A stretch of DNA of 64,000 nt from the NCBI GenBank assembly GCA_016282145.1, contig JAEEJZ010000079.1:7327-71326 (forward strand), read 5' to 3'. The notes below the pieces were generated by a model that was given only the letters and a program-made list of their open reading frames with translations, made no database searches and was not told the DNA's origin. Position numbers and translations under genes: made by a program. The stretch's first letter is position 1, and every line of letters starts with the position of its first letter. Shown here piece by piece: positions 1 to 8,668 of this stretch. Source of the stretch: Bacteroidales bacterium. GTDB taxonomy: Bacteria; Bacteroidota; Bacteroidia; Bacteroidales; UBA932.

Positions 1-1
1 C

Positions 2-718
2 GTGATGGACGGACGCTGGAGCAGCGAGGACGTGGTGAAGAGCACCAAGACCACCATCCCCTTCGTCAAGGATCACGAATTCGACTATAAATGGCTCTCC
101 CCCTTCAAGGGACGCTGGGGCTGGTACACCAAGTGGGGCATCTATATGCTGATGATCGTCCTGGTCATCACGGCCTGCTCCAACGGCGCCAACCTCACGG
201 ACGGGATGGACGGCCTGGCCTCCGGAACCTCGGCCATCGTCGCCATCGTCATCGCCCTGCTGGCCTGGCTGGGCGGCAACATCGTCAATGCCGGCTACCT
301 GCACATCATGTACATTCCCGGCAGCGGTGAGATTGCGGTGTTCATGGCCGCCTTCGCGGGCGCGCTCATCGGCTTCCTCTGGTACAATACCTTCCCCGCC
401 CAGGTGTTCATGGGCGATACGGGCAGCCTCACCATCGGCGGCATCATCGGCGTAAGCGCCGTACTGATCCGCAAGGAACTGCTGCTGCCCCTGCTGTGCG
501 GTATTTTCTTCGCGGAAAGCGCTTCGGTCCTGATCCAGCGCTTCTGGTTCCGCCGCACCAAAAAGAAATACGGTGAGGGACGGCGCGTCTTCCTGATGGC
601 GCCCCTGCACCACCACTATCAGAAAAAAGGCATTCCGGAGCCGCGCATCGTCACGCACTTCTGGATTGTCGGCATCATCATCGGACTGGCTACACTGGCT
701 ATATTGAAAATCAGATAA
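2..718 (+). CDS. mraY: Phospho-N-acetylmuramoyl-pentapeptide transferase MraY, C-terminal part (5' end lies outside the window)
   Basis: ORF 2..718. Motifs [21 protein letters not shown] and APLHHHY are typical of MraY. It heads the mraY-murD-ftsW-murG-murC-ftsQ gene order. Confidence 0.9.
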   Translation: MMDGRWSSEDVVKSTKTTIPFVKDHEFDYKWLSPFKGRWGWYTKWGIYMLMIVLVITACSNGANLTDGMDGLASGTSAIVAIVIALLAWLGGNIVNAGYLHIMYIPGSGEIAVFMAAFAGALIGFLWYNTFPAQVFMGDTGSLTIGGIIGVSAVLIRKELLLPLLCGIFFAESASVLIQRFWFRRTKKKYGEGRRVFLMAPLHHHYQKKGIPEPRIVTHFWIVGIIIGLATLAILKIR

Positions 719-723
719 GAGAT

Positions 724-2064
724 ATGAATAAGATCGTAGTATTGGGCGGAGCGGAAAGCGGCGTGGGCGCTGCGGTGCTCGCGAAGGTGAAGGGTTTCGA
801 CGTCTTCCTCTCCGACAACGGCAGCATCAAGGAAGAATACGCAAAGACCCTGCGCCAATGGGACATTCCCTTCGAGCAGGGCGGACACAGCGAGGAGAAG
901 GTGCTCTGCGCCGATGAGGTCATCAAGAGCCCCGGCATCCCCTCCACGGCCCCTCTCGTGCAGAAACTCGTCCAACAGGGCACGCACATCGTCTCCGAGA
1001 TCGAGTTCGCTTCGCGCTACGACAAGGCGAAGAAGATCTGCATCACCGGGTCCAACGGCAAGACCACCACGACCTCCCTCATCCACTACCTGCTCAAGGA
1101 AGCGGGGCTGAACGTGGGCCTGGGCGGGAACATCGGCAAGAGCTACGCCTTGCAGGTGGCCACCGAGCAGCACGACTACTATGTCCTGGAAATCAGCAGT
1201 TTCCAGCTGGATGACACCTACGATTTCCGGCCGGACATCGCCATCATCACGAACATCACCCCGGACCATCTGGACCGCTACGACCATGATATGGAGAATT
1301 ATGTCCGCGCGAAGTTCAAGATTACCCAGAACCTCCGTCCCGAGGACTGCTTCATCTTCGACTCCGACGACGCCATCACCGTCGAGCACCTGAGCAAGAT
1401 CGTGCTCAAGGCCAAGATGCTCCCCTTCTCCCAGGAGAAGGAAGTGGAGCAGGGCGCCTTCGTCCGCGACGACAAGATGGTCGTCCGGGTGGACAAGGGC
1501 GAGAGCGAGTTCTTCCTGGAAAGCCTCGCGCTGAGCGGACGGCACAACCTCTACAACTCGATGGCCGCGGCCATCGCCGCGAAAGTCAGCGGCGTACGCG
1601 ACGAGGTCATCCGTGAATCCCTGAGTTCCTTCAAGGGCATCGAGCACCGTCTGGAGAACGTGCTCAGCATCGGCGGCGTACTCTATGTCAACGACTCCAA
1701 GGCCACCAACGTGGATGCCGCCTGGTACGCGCTCGAATGCCAGACCCGGCCCGTCGTCTGGATCGTGGGCGGCAAGGACAAGGGAAACGACTACGAAGTG
1801 CTCAAGCCCCTCGTGGAAAAGAAGGTGCGCGCCATCGTCTGCCTGGGGGTAGACAACAGCAAGATCCACGCGGCCTTCGAGGACATCGTCGGGGCGCAGA
1901 ACATCAGCGATACGCACAGTGCCGCGGAAGCCGTCAAGGTAGCCGCCGCCTTCGCCACCAAGGGCGATGTCGTGCTGCTGAGCCCCTGCTGCGCCAGTTT
2001 CGACCTCTTCCAGAGTTACGAAGACCGCGGACGTCAGTTCAAAGCCGCCGTAAGGAGCCTCTGA
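724..2064 (+). CDS. murD: UDP-N-acetylmuramoylalanine--D-glutamate ligase
   Basis: 446-aa ORF with the Mur-ligase P-loop GSNGKTTT, NITPDHLDRY and a C-terminal LLSPCCASFD. Positioned between mraY and ftsW. Confidence 0.93.
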   Translation: MNKIVVLGGAESGVGAAVLAKVKGFDVFLSDNGSIKEEYAKTLRQWDIPFEQGGHSEEKVLCADEVIKSPGIPSTAPLVQKLVQQGTHIVSEIEFASRYDKAKKICITGSNGKTTTTSLIHYLLKEAGLNVGLGGNIGKSYALQVATEQHDYYVLEISSFQLDDTYDFRPDIAIITNITPDHLDRYDHDMENYVRAKFKITQNLRPEDCFIFDSDDAITVEHLSKIVLKAKMLPFSQEKEVEQGAFVRDDKMVVRVDKGESEFFLESLALSGRHNLYNSMAAAIAAKVSGVRDEVIRESLSSFKGIEHRLENVLSIGGVLYVNDSKATNVDAAWYALECQTRPVVWIVGGKDKGNDYEVLKPLVEKKVRAIVCLGVDNSKIHAAFEDIVGAQNISDTHSAAEAVKVAAAFATKGDVVLLSPCCASFDLFQSYEDRGRQFKAAVRSL

Positions 2065-2065
2065 T

Positions 2066-3370
2066 ATGCAGAAGAAGAAAAACTCGTGGGTGCTGGCGAT
2101 GATGGACCGGCTGCAGGGGGACAAGGTCATCTGGATGATCCTCCTGATGCTCATCCTCATCTCCGTGGTCTGTATGTTTTCCTCCACCTCCCGGCTGCTG
2201 GAGGGCGGACGCACCCGTGTGGACATCGTCCGCAGCCAGTTGGGAATCGTCGCCGTAGGCCTGGGCATCGTGCTGGTCTGCTACAACATCCGCAGCATCG
2301 AGTTTTTCCGGAAACTTTCCTTCTGGATGCTTCCTCTCTCCCTGTTCATGCTCATCGCGCTCAGGGTACTGCCCGGCGGGAACGGCTTCATCAGCGCTCC
2401 CACCATCAACGGCGCGAAGCGCGTGCTCGCCATCATGGGAAAGCAGATCCACGTCCTGGAAATCGTCAAGATCGCCATGGTGCTCTACCTGGGCTGGGCC
2501 CTGGACGCGCTCAAGAACAAGCGCCTCGTCTGGCCCGAGAAAGAGATCTGGCAGAATATCCTCTATATCTACCTGCCCTTCATCGCCGTGTTCGTACTGG
2601 CTCTGCCCAGCAGTAACACCGCCGCCCTGTTCATCGGCGGCATCATGTTCCTGGTCATCCTGCTCGGCGGCGGCAGCAAGCGCGACCTCGGCGTCATCCT
2701 CGCTGCGGCCATCGTGATCCTTGCGCTCTGCTTCGGCATCTACAAAGTCAGCGACGGAAAGGTCCTCGGGCGCATCGGGACGGGTATTTCGCGCGTATTC
2801 AACCATACCGACTGGGAAAAGCAGTTCCTGGAAAGCGAGAAATACACCAAGGACTGGGACGACGCCCGCGACCACCTGCAGCAGGGCTACAGCGCCAAGA
2901 TCGCGATGCACGAAGGCGGCATCCTGGGCAAGGGACCCGGCCAGAGCACCCAGCGCTACATCGTGCCGGATATGCCCTCGGACTATATGTACAGTTTCAT
3001 CGTCGAGGAATACGGGCTCTGGGGGGCCATCCTGGTCCTCGCCCTCTATGTCTCGCTGATGGCGCGGGGGGCGATCATCGCCCGGGACATCGGGGACAAT
3101 CTCTACGCCAAACTCGTCGTCGCAGGGCTCTGCCTGCTCATCGTAGGCCAGGCCTTCCTGCATATGCTCGTCAATGTGGACATCGGGCCGATGACGGGAC
3201 AGACGCTCCCGATGATCAGCCACGGCAACTCGGCCTTCCTGTGCTTCTCCCTGGCCTTCGGCATCCTGCTGTCGTTCAGCCGCCAGGCCCGCAAGCGCAT
3301 CGAAAGCGAAACCGCCAAGGCGGCGCCCATTATCGAAGACCCTGTAAGCTTTGAAAAAGATGAGTTATAA
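2066..3370 (+). CDS. ftsW: SEDS-family peptidoglycan glycosyltransferase FtsW
   Basis: 434-aa polytopic membrane ORF with an FtsW/RodA-like C-terminal core (PDMPSDYMYSFIVEEYG, GQTLPMISHGNSA). Positioned between murD and murG. Confidence 0.9.
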   Translation: MQKKKNSWVLAMMDRLQGDKVIWMILLMLILISVVCMFSSTSRLLEGGRTRVDIVRSQLGIVAVGLGIVLVCYNIRSIEFFRKLSFWMLPLSLFMLIALRVLPGGNGFISAPTINGAKRVLAIMGKQIHVLEIVKIAMVLYLGWALDALKNKRLVWPEKEIWQNILYIYLPFIAVFVLALPSSNTAALFIGGIMFLVILLGGGSKRDLGVILAAAIVILALCFGIYKVSDGKVLGRIGTGISRVFNHTDWEKQFLESEKYTKDWDDARDHLQQGYSAKIAMHEGGILGKGPGQSTQRYIVPDMPSDYMYSFIVEEYGLWGAILVLALYVSLMARGAIIARDIGDNLYAKLVVAGLCLLIVGQAFLHMLVNVDIGPMTGQTLPMISHGNSAFLCFSLAFGILLSFSRQARKRIESETAKAAPIIEDPVSFEKDEL

Positions 3371-4484
3371 AGCATTGCGTGTCATTATCAGCGGCGGCGG
3401 CACCGGCGGGCACATCTTTCCCGCCATATCCATCGCCGACGCCCTGAAAAAGGCCAATCCCGACACGGAGATCCTCTTCGTCGGCGCGAACGGCAAGATG
3501 GAGATGGAGAAAGTGCCGTCGGCGGGCTACCGCATCGTGGGTCTGCCCGTAGCGGGACTACAGCGCAAACTGACGCTCCAGGGCATCTGGCGGAACCTCC
3601 AGCTCCCGTTCAAACTGCTCGCCAGCAACGCCAGGGCGGGAAAGGTGCTGAAGGAGTTCCGGCCCGATATCGCCGTAGGCGTGGGCGGATACGCCAGCGC
3701 TCCCCTGCTCCGCAAGGCGCAGCAATACCGTATTCCGACGCTGCTCCAGGAGCAGAACGGCTTCGCGGGGATGACCAACAAACTGCTGGGAGCCAAGGCG
3801 GGATGCATCTGCGTAGCCTATGAGGGGATGGAGCGTTTCTTCCCCGCCGACCGCATCGTCATGACCGGCAATCCCATCCGCTCCGACATTCATCCCTACG
3901 GGCAGGAGGAACGCAGCGCGGGCATGGTCTACTATGGACTCGACAGCTCGAAAAAGCATATCCTGATCATCGGCGGAAGCCTCGGCAGCGCCACCCTCAA
4001 TCGCAGCATGCAGCGCTGGATAGAAGCCGGCTGCCCCGGCGGCGAGGAAGTGGAAGTGCTCTGGCAGTGCGGCGGTGGCTACATTGCGCAGACCGATGCC
4101 TTTATGGCCGCGCATCGCCCGGAGCAGGTCCGGCACAGCGCCTTCCTCAAAAGGATGGATCTGGCCTATGCCGTTGCCGACGTGGTGATTTCGCGCTCCG
4201 GCGCCTCCTCCGTTTCGGAGATCTGCGCCGCCGGCAAGGCTGCGATGTTCGTCCCTTCGCCCAATGTGGCCGAGGACCATCAGACGCACAATGCGATGGC
4301 GCTGGTGCGACGTGACGCCGCCCTCCTCGTGAAGGATGCCGAAGCGCCGGAGAAAATGATGGAGACGGCCCTGGGGCTGCTCGCTGACGAGCCGCGCCGC
4401 AAGACGCTGGAAAAGAATGCCCTGGCGATGGCGCTGCCGGATGCCGCACAGAAAATCGTTGAAGAAATCTACAAACTGATATGA
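3360..4484 (+). CDS. murG: Undecaprenyldiphospho-muramoylpentapeptide beta-N-acetylglucosaminyltransferase
   Basis: ORF 3351..4484. The ATG at 3360 gives MSYKALRVIISGGGTGGHIFPA, which contains the MurG G-loop. It overlaps the ftsW stop by 11 nt. The TTG at 3351 is an alternative start. Confidence 0.92.
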   Translation: MSYKALRVIISGGGTGGHIFPAISIADALKKANPDTEILFVGANGKMEMEKVPSAGYRIVGLPVAGLQRKLTLQGIWRNLQLPFKLLASNARAGKVLKEFRPDIAVGVGGYASAPLLRKAQQYRIPTLLQEQNGFAGMTNKLLGAKAGCICVAYEGMERFFPADRIVMTGNPIRSDIHPYGQEERSAGMVYYGLDSSKKHILIIGGSLGSATLNRSMQRWIEAGCPGGEEVEVLWQCGGGYIAQTDAFMAAHRPEQVRHSAFLKRMDLAYAVADVVISRSGASSVSEICAAGKAAMFVPSPNVAEDHQTHNAMALVRRDAALLVKDAEAPEKMMETALGLLADEPRRKTLEKNALAMALPDAAQKIVEEIYKLI

Positions 4485-5833
4485 ACGTCTATTTTATAGG
4501 AATCGGCGGTATCGGCATGAGTGCCATCGCCCGCTATTACAAGCGCAAAGGGAACGAAGTGTCGGGCTATGACCGGACGCCTTCACCCCTGACGGCCGAA
4601 CTCGAAGCCGAAGGCATTGCGGTGCACTACAGTCCGGACTGCTCGCAGATTCCCGCGGACAAGGGCGCAACGCTCGTCATCTGGACCCCTGCCATTCCGC
4701 AGGATATGGAGGAACTGGTCTATGTGCGCGAAAACGGCTACCGCCTCATCAAGCGCTCCCGCGCGCTCGGAGAAATCTGCATCGGGCAGCGCTGCCTGGC
4801 CGTCGCCGGCACCCACGGCAAGACGACCACCACGACCCTGACGGCGCATATCATGAACGAGAGCGGCCCCGGCGCTTCGGCTTTCCTCGGCGGCATCTCC
4901 AAGAATTACGGGACCAACCTCCTGGTCAGTCCTGAAAAGAACATCGTCGTGGAAGCGGACGAATTCGACCGTTCCTTCCTGCAGCTGAACCCCACGGTGG
5001 CGGTGATTACCGCGATGGACGCCGATCACCTGGACATCTACGGCGACCTCGAGCACGTGCAGGAGGCCTACCGGCAGTTCGCCTCGCAGGTGGAAGGGAC
5101 GCTCATCCTCAAATACGGACTCCCCATCACGCAGGACGACATCCGCGCCCACCTCTACACCTATCACCTGGACCAGGCGGAAGCGGATTTCCACGGTGAG
5201 AACCTCGTAGCCGGGCCCGACGGGCATTATCGCTTCGACCTGGTCTATCCCGGCGGCGTGATCGAGGACATCCGCGCCGGCATTCCCGGCTGGATCGGCG
5301 TGGAGAACAGCATCGCCGCGGCCGCCGTCTGCCTCTGCGAAGGCGTTACGCACGAGGGCATCCGCAAGTCCGTCGGCAGTTTTAGCGGCGTACGCAGAAG
5401 GCTGGACGAGCGCTTCTCGGCCCCCGGCCTGAATTACATCGACGATTATGCCCACCATCCCGCGGAACTCGCCGCAGCCATCAGTTCGCTGCGCAATGTA
5501 TTCCCGGGCCGGAAACTCACGGGCATCTTCCAGCCGCACCTCTACACCCGCACGCGGGATTTCGCCCCTGAATTCGCTGCGGCGCTCAGCACCCTGGACA
5601 GCCTGATCCTGCTGGACATCTATCCCGCCCGCGAGGAGCCCATCCCCGGCGTGACTTCGGAAATGATCCTCAAGGACGTCACTTGCCCGGAGAAAGTGCT
5701 GATCCGCAAGGACGCGCTCCTGGATTACCTGAAGGACCGGCCCCTGGACGTGCTGGCGACCTTCGGCGCCGGCGACATCGACCGGCTCGTAGAACCGATA
5801 GCCGATATGCTTCGCGCTCGGAGTCCGCGGTAG
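4481..5833 (+). CDS. murC: UDP-N-acetylmuramate--L-alanine ligase
   Basis: 450-aa ORF with IGIGGIGMSA, GTHGKTTTT and DDYAHHP motifs. ATGA overlap with the murG stop. Confidence 0.93.
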   Translation: MNVYFIGIGGIGMSAIARYYKRKGNEVSGYDRTPSPLTAELEAEGIAVHYSPDCSQIPADKGATLVIWTPAIPQDMEELVYVRENGYRLIKRSRALGEICIGQRCLAVAGTHGKTTTTTLTAHIMNESGPGASAFLGGISKNYGTNLLVSPEKNIVVEADEFDRSFLQLNPTVAVITAMDADHLDIYGDLEHVQEAYRQFASQVEGTLILKYGLPITQDDIRAHLYTYHLDQAEADFHGENLVAGPDGHYRFDLVYPGGVIEDIRAGIPGWIGVENSIAAAAVCLCEGVTHEGIRKSVGSFSGVRRRLDERFSAPGLNYIDDYAHHPAELAAAISSLRNVFPGRKLTGIFQPHLYTRTRDFAPEFAAALSTLDSLILLDIYPAREEPIPGVTSEMILKDVTCPEKVLIRKDALLDYLKDRPLDVLATFGAGDIDRLVEPIADMLRARSPR

Positions 5834-5924
5834 AGCTCCTTCGGCTCCGCAATACGCAGGAGCTTAGTCGCCTCAGGGGCAGCTACCGCTCCCTTGACGC
5901 GCAAAGCAAAAAAAATGAAATGAT

Positions 5925-6650
5925 ATGAACAACGGATTGATGCGATATCTATTGGGCGCCGCCTTTGCAGCGGGCGTGGCCATCCTTACCGGCGCCGGCA
6001 TCTCCGGATACAGCCGGAGCGTCGCCGATATGGGCTGCAACTCCCTGGAGGTCAGTTTCGAGGGTGGCGAGCCTTTCCTCAAGGCAGAGGAAGTACTGGA
6101 CCTGCTGGAAACGGAATACGGTGTCTTTGTGGGGCAGCGTATCCAGGACATTCCCCTGAGCCGCATCGAGGCCATCCTGGACGAAAGCGGGCCCGTGAAG
6201 AAAAGCGAGGCCTGGATGAGCGGGGACGGGGTGCTGCACGTCTCCATTACGCAGCGCGACCCGGTCCTGCGCTTCAATGACGGCCGCAGCGGTTTCTATG
6301 TCGATGCGGACGGGGTCGTCTTTCCCCTGCATCCCAGCCACACCGCCGCCGTCCCCGTCGTCTTCGGACCGTGTCCGGAGGACGCCGACTGGCGCGGGAA
6401 GGTCCTTCGCACCTATGCTTTCCTTCAGAAAATGGAATGCGCCGCCGATTCCCTTTGCTGCACTTCGGGCGGCGAACTGACGCTCATCGGCACGCAGGGC
6501 GAGCGCATCCTGCTCGGGCAGCCGGAGAGCATCGAAAGGCAGTATCCGCTGCTGGAATGCTATTACAGCCGCATCGTGCCCGAAAGGGGCGCTTTCCGCT
6601 CCATCAATCTCAAATACGACAAGCAGATTATCTGCCGCCAGACAGACTGA
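5925..6650 (+). CDS. ftsQ: Cell division protein FtsQ (N-terminal membrane anchor plus POTRA-like region)
   Basis: 241-aa ORF directly after murC, with a single N-terminal hydrophobic segment. The call rests mainly on position and size. Confidence 0.75.
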   Translation: MNNGLMRYLLGAAFAAGVAILTGAGISGYSRSVADMGCNSLEVSFEGGEPFLKAEEVLDLLETEYGVFVGQRIQDIPLSRIEAILDESGPVKKSEAWMSGDGVLHVSITQRDPVLRFNDGRSGFYVDADGVVFPLHPSHTAAVPVVFGPCPEDADWRGKVLRTYAFLQKMECAADSLCCTSGGELTLIGTQGERILLGQPESIERQYPLLECYYSRIVPERGAFRSINLKYDKQIICRQTD

Positions 6651-8598
6651 TTCCGAGTTCAACTGGAGATTCTGCGCAGAGCGGCAGCCAGAGGATGAGG
6701 CTGGGGCCGTCCCAGGCCTGGTGGATACCCGCCTTGAAATCCTCGTACGCCGCCCCGTTCACCGTAACGGCAGCAGGCAGGCATCCCTCTCCCCGTACGA
6801 TAAGACAGAGGCCCTGCAGCGGCTTTTCCGCACTGGCTTCCACCTTCAGCGGGCCGGACAGGGCATTCAGGACATAGGCCCGCTCTTTCACCTCATAGGG
6901 CACTTCTTCCCCGTTGCAGCTCAGGCGCGGGGCGCGGAGCCAGGACTTCGCCAGCGGAAGCAGGGAGGCCGCATCGCCTTCCGTACAGCCGCAGAGCATC
7001 AGTTTCGTCATCTTGTTCCCTTCTATGCTGTGCGGCGCATTGTACTGGGTGGCCGTGTAGGTATGCGAAGGGGCATCGGCGACGCAGGCATAGCGGCCGA
7101 TGACATAATCCTGCGCCACGGGCCAGTGGTTGCGCCAGGGGAAATCGGAATATTCGGACCATCTGCCCGCATAGCGGTGGATTTCAGGGCCGCTGTGACC
7201 CTTTTCGTTCAGGCCGGGGCCATCCTCCAGGATCAGGAAGGGATTCCAGCGGCTGCGCAGGTAAGTGACCTGGATATTGGCACCGTCCAGCGAAGGCTCA
7301 TTCTGGCGCGGCTTTCCCTCGAAATTCCAGCCATATTCGGCACTGCGGCCGTCCATCGCGGCGACGGACATGATGCGCGAGGCTTCCAGCACATCCTCCG
7401 GGCACTGGGAGGGATGCAGGACCTGTAGACTCTGGCACCACTCGTACCACTTGTCCAGATGTGAACTCCAGACATCCATACGGCGTATGCCCACACCGTC
7501 CGGATAAAAGATATAGGTCTCCTCCGAGCAGTCGCCCCACTGGGTCTCCTCGCTCTGGTAGGGAATCTTCTGGTTCACGCCCACCGGCAGGTTGCGCCAG
7601 ACCACTACGGTCCGCGCCGGCGTATTCTCGAGGATACGAACACTGGAGAAGTCCGCGTGCTTGTCGCTCATACTCTCCGGGCAACCCCAGCCCGTCACCT
7701 TCTGGCGCTCCACGAACTCGTTGCACATCCAGTTGCCCTTCTCGGTCACGAAGCAGGGCGCATAGGAAATACCCCGCCAGAAGACCACCTTCCAAGGGTG
7801 GTCCTCACCGAATCCCACCACCACGTCCGGCACTTCTCCGCGCCAGCGCGCATCGAAGGCCTCGTAGTACTTCAGCGGGATATACCAGGCGCCGAAGGCC
7901 AGTTTCTCCGGCCCGGACGGCAGTATGCGCTCCTCAAAGACAGGTGCGACCGGGCGCACGAACTTCTCTTTCAGGACACGGGCGTAAGCATGCCTGTCGG
8001 CATAGATATTCAGTTCATCCAGCGCCCCGTCCAGGGAACTGTAGATAGGTATTTTCTTGTTCTCAAAGAAACTCGGGGTACGCACCGGCGTACGGCCGAT
8101 CCACAGGTCCCAGGCCTCCTGCTCCACCCAGGGCAGTTCCAGGGGCAGTTTCGCCACCTGGGTCCCGTCGATGGCGAGGAACAGTCCGCTTCCGGCACGG
8201 AACAGGGCCGTCAGGCGCGACCACTGCCGCAGCGGAAGGCCCGCGGGCGATTCGACGCTGACCCACTCCCCTGCCGAAGCCACGCTGAAATGCACCTTTC
8301 CCTGCGCATCCAGCCAAAGGGACCAGCCTCCGGGCGTTTCGTTATTCTGCCGGCAGGCCACCGGGCAGGGGCTCTTGGGGAAAGCCACCGGGCATACCCA
8401 GACATCCACCGTAAAATGCGTCGCCGGGGCCGGCACGTCGGCCGCAGGGACGACGATCCGGCTGTCGAAGCCGTCAAAAAAGGCCGCCTGGCCTTTTGCG
8501 CCGGCAACGGCTCCGTCGTCAAAAGAAAGGGAAAAAATTGCGGAAAGCGCCGCAAGGACGATACAGGATACAGCCATAATAGCGATGGTGCGGGTCAT
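6628..8598 (-). CDS. Secreted or anchored LamG (concanavalin-A-like jelly-roll) domain protein with a ~450-aa C-terminal region of unknown family
   Basis: ORF 6628..8625. The ATG at 8598 gives MTRTIAIMAVSCIVLAALSAIFS, a signal or anchor. The N-terminal ~190 aa look like Laminin_G_3 (FTVDVWV..., GGWSLWLD..GKVHFSV, LDELNIYADR). I did not recognise the rest. The 3' end overlaps ftsQ by 23 nt, convergently. Confidence 0.65.
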   Translation of the reverse strand: MTRTIAIMAVSCIVLAALSAIFSLSFDDGAVAGAKGQAAFFDGFDSRIVVPAADVPAPATHFTVDVWVCPVAFPKSPCPVACRQNNETPGGWSLWLDAQGKVHFSVASAGEWVSVESPAGLPLRQWSRLTALFRAGSGLFLAIDGTQVAKLPLELPWVEQEAWDLWIGRTPVRTPSFFENKKIPIYSSLDGALDELNIYADRHAYARVLKEKFVRPVAPVFEERILPSGPEKLAFGAWYIPLKYYEAFDARWRGEVPDVVVGFGEDHPWKVVFWRGISYAPCFVTEKGNWMCNEFVERQKVTGWGCPESMSDKHADFSSVRILENTPARTVVVWRNLPVGVNQKIPYQSEETQWGDCSEETYIFYPDGVGIRRMDVWSSHLDKWYEWCQSLQVLHPSQCPEDVLEASRIMSVAAMDGRSAEYGWNFEGKPRQNEPSLDGANIQVTYLRSRWNPFLILEDGPGLNEKGHSGPEIHRYAGRWSEYSDFPWRNHWPVAQDYVIGRYACVADAPSHTYTATQYNAPHSIEGNKMTKLMLCGCTEGDAASLLPLAKSWLRAPRLSCNGEEVPYEVKERAYVLNALSGPLKVEASAEKPLQGLCLIVRGEGCLPAAVTVNGAAYEDFKAGIHQAWDGPSLILWLPLCAESPVELGISLSGGR

Positions 8599-8599
8599 A

Positions 8600-8613
8600 T
8601 GTGCCCGAACACA
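8600..8613. promoter_or_regulatory. Degenerate (11/14) copy of the island palindrome, TGTGCCCGAACACA; possible weak LacI-type operator
   Basis: Compared by eye with TGTGTGCGCACACA at 20042 and 23247. It lies between the -7-like box (8614..8621) and the LamG start codon (8598). Confidence 0.35.
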
Positions 8614-8621
8614 CAAATATA
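8614..8621 (-). promoter_or_regulatory. Bacteroidota -7-type promoter box TATATTTG (minus strand) for the LamG gene
   Basis: The plus strand reads CAAATATA, a match to the TAnnTTTG consensus. It sits 15 nt upstream of the ATG at 8598. Confidence 0.45.
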
Positions 8622-8653
8622 GCAAAATATTTCCTTAAATCCATCTGAAAAAC

Positions 8654-8661
8654 TATATTTG
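8654..8661 (+). promoter_or_regulatory. Bacteroidota -7-type promoter box TATATTTG for the MBL hydrolase gene
   Basis: Exact TAnnTTTG match, 7 nt upstream of the ATG at 8669. It mirrors the box at 8614..8621. Confidence 0.5.
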
Positions 8662-8668
8662 TCCTGTT

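Noticed and set aside
619-2268. Very long ORFs antisense to well-supported genes. Examples are 619..2268 (549 aa), 13021..15330 (769 aa), 29032..31287 (751 aa), 31647..34733 (1028 aa), 36482..39931 (1149 aa), 49757..51586 (609 aa), 52337..54700 (787 aa) and 60337..63042 (901 aa).
   Set aside because: Their translations are Arg/Gly/Ala/Asp/His-rich low-complexity strings with no recognisable motifs, and each mirrors a gene with clear family signatures. Stop codons are rare on the antisense strand of GC-rich coding DNA, so these are expected artefacts.
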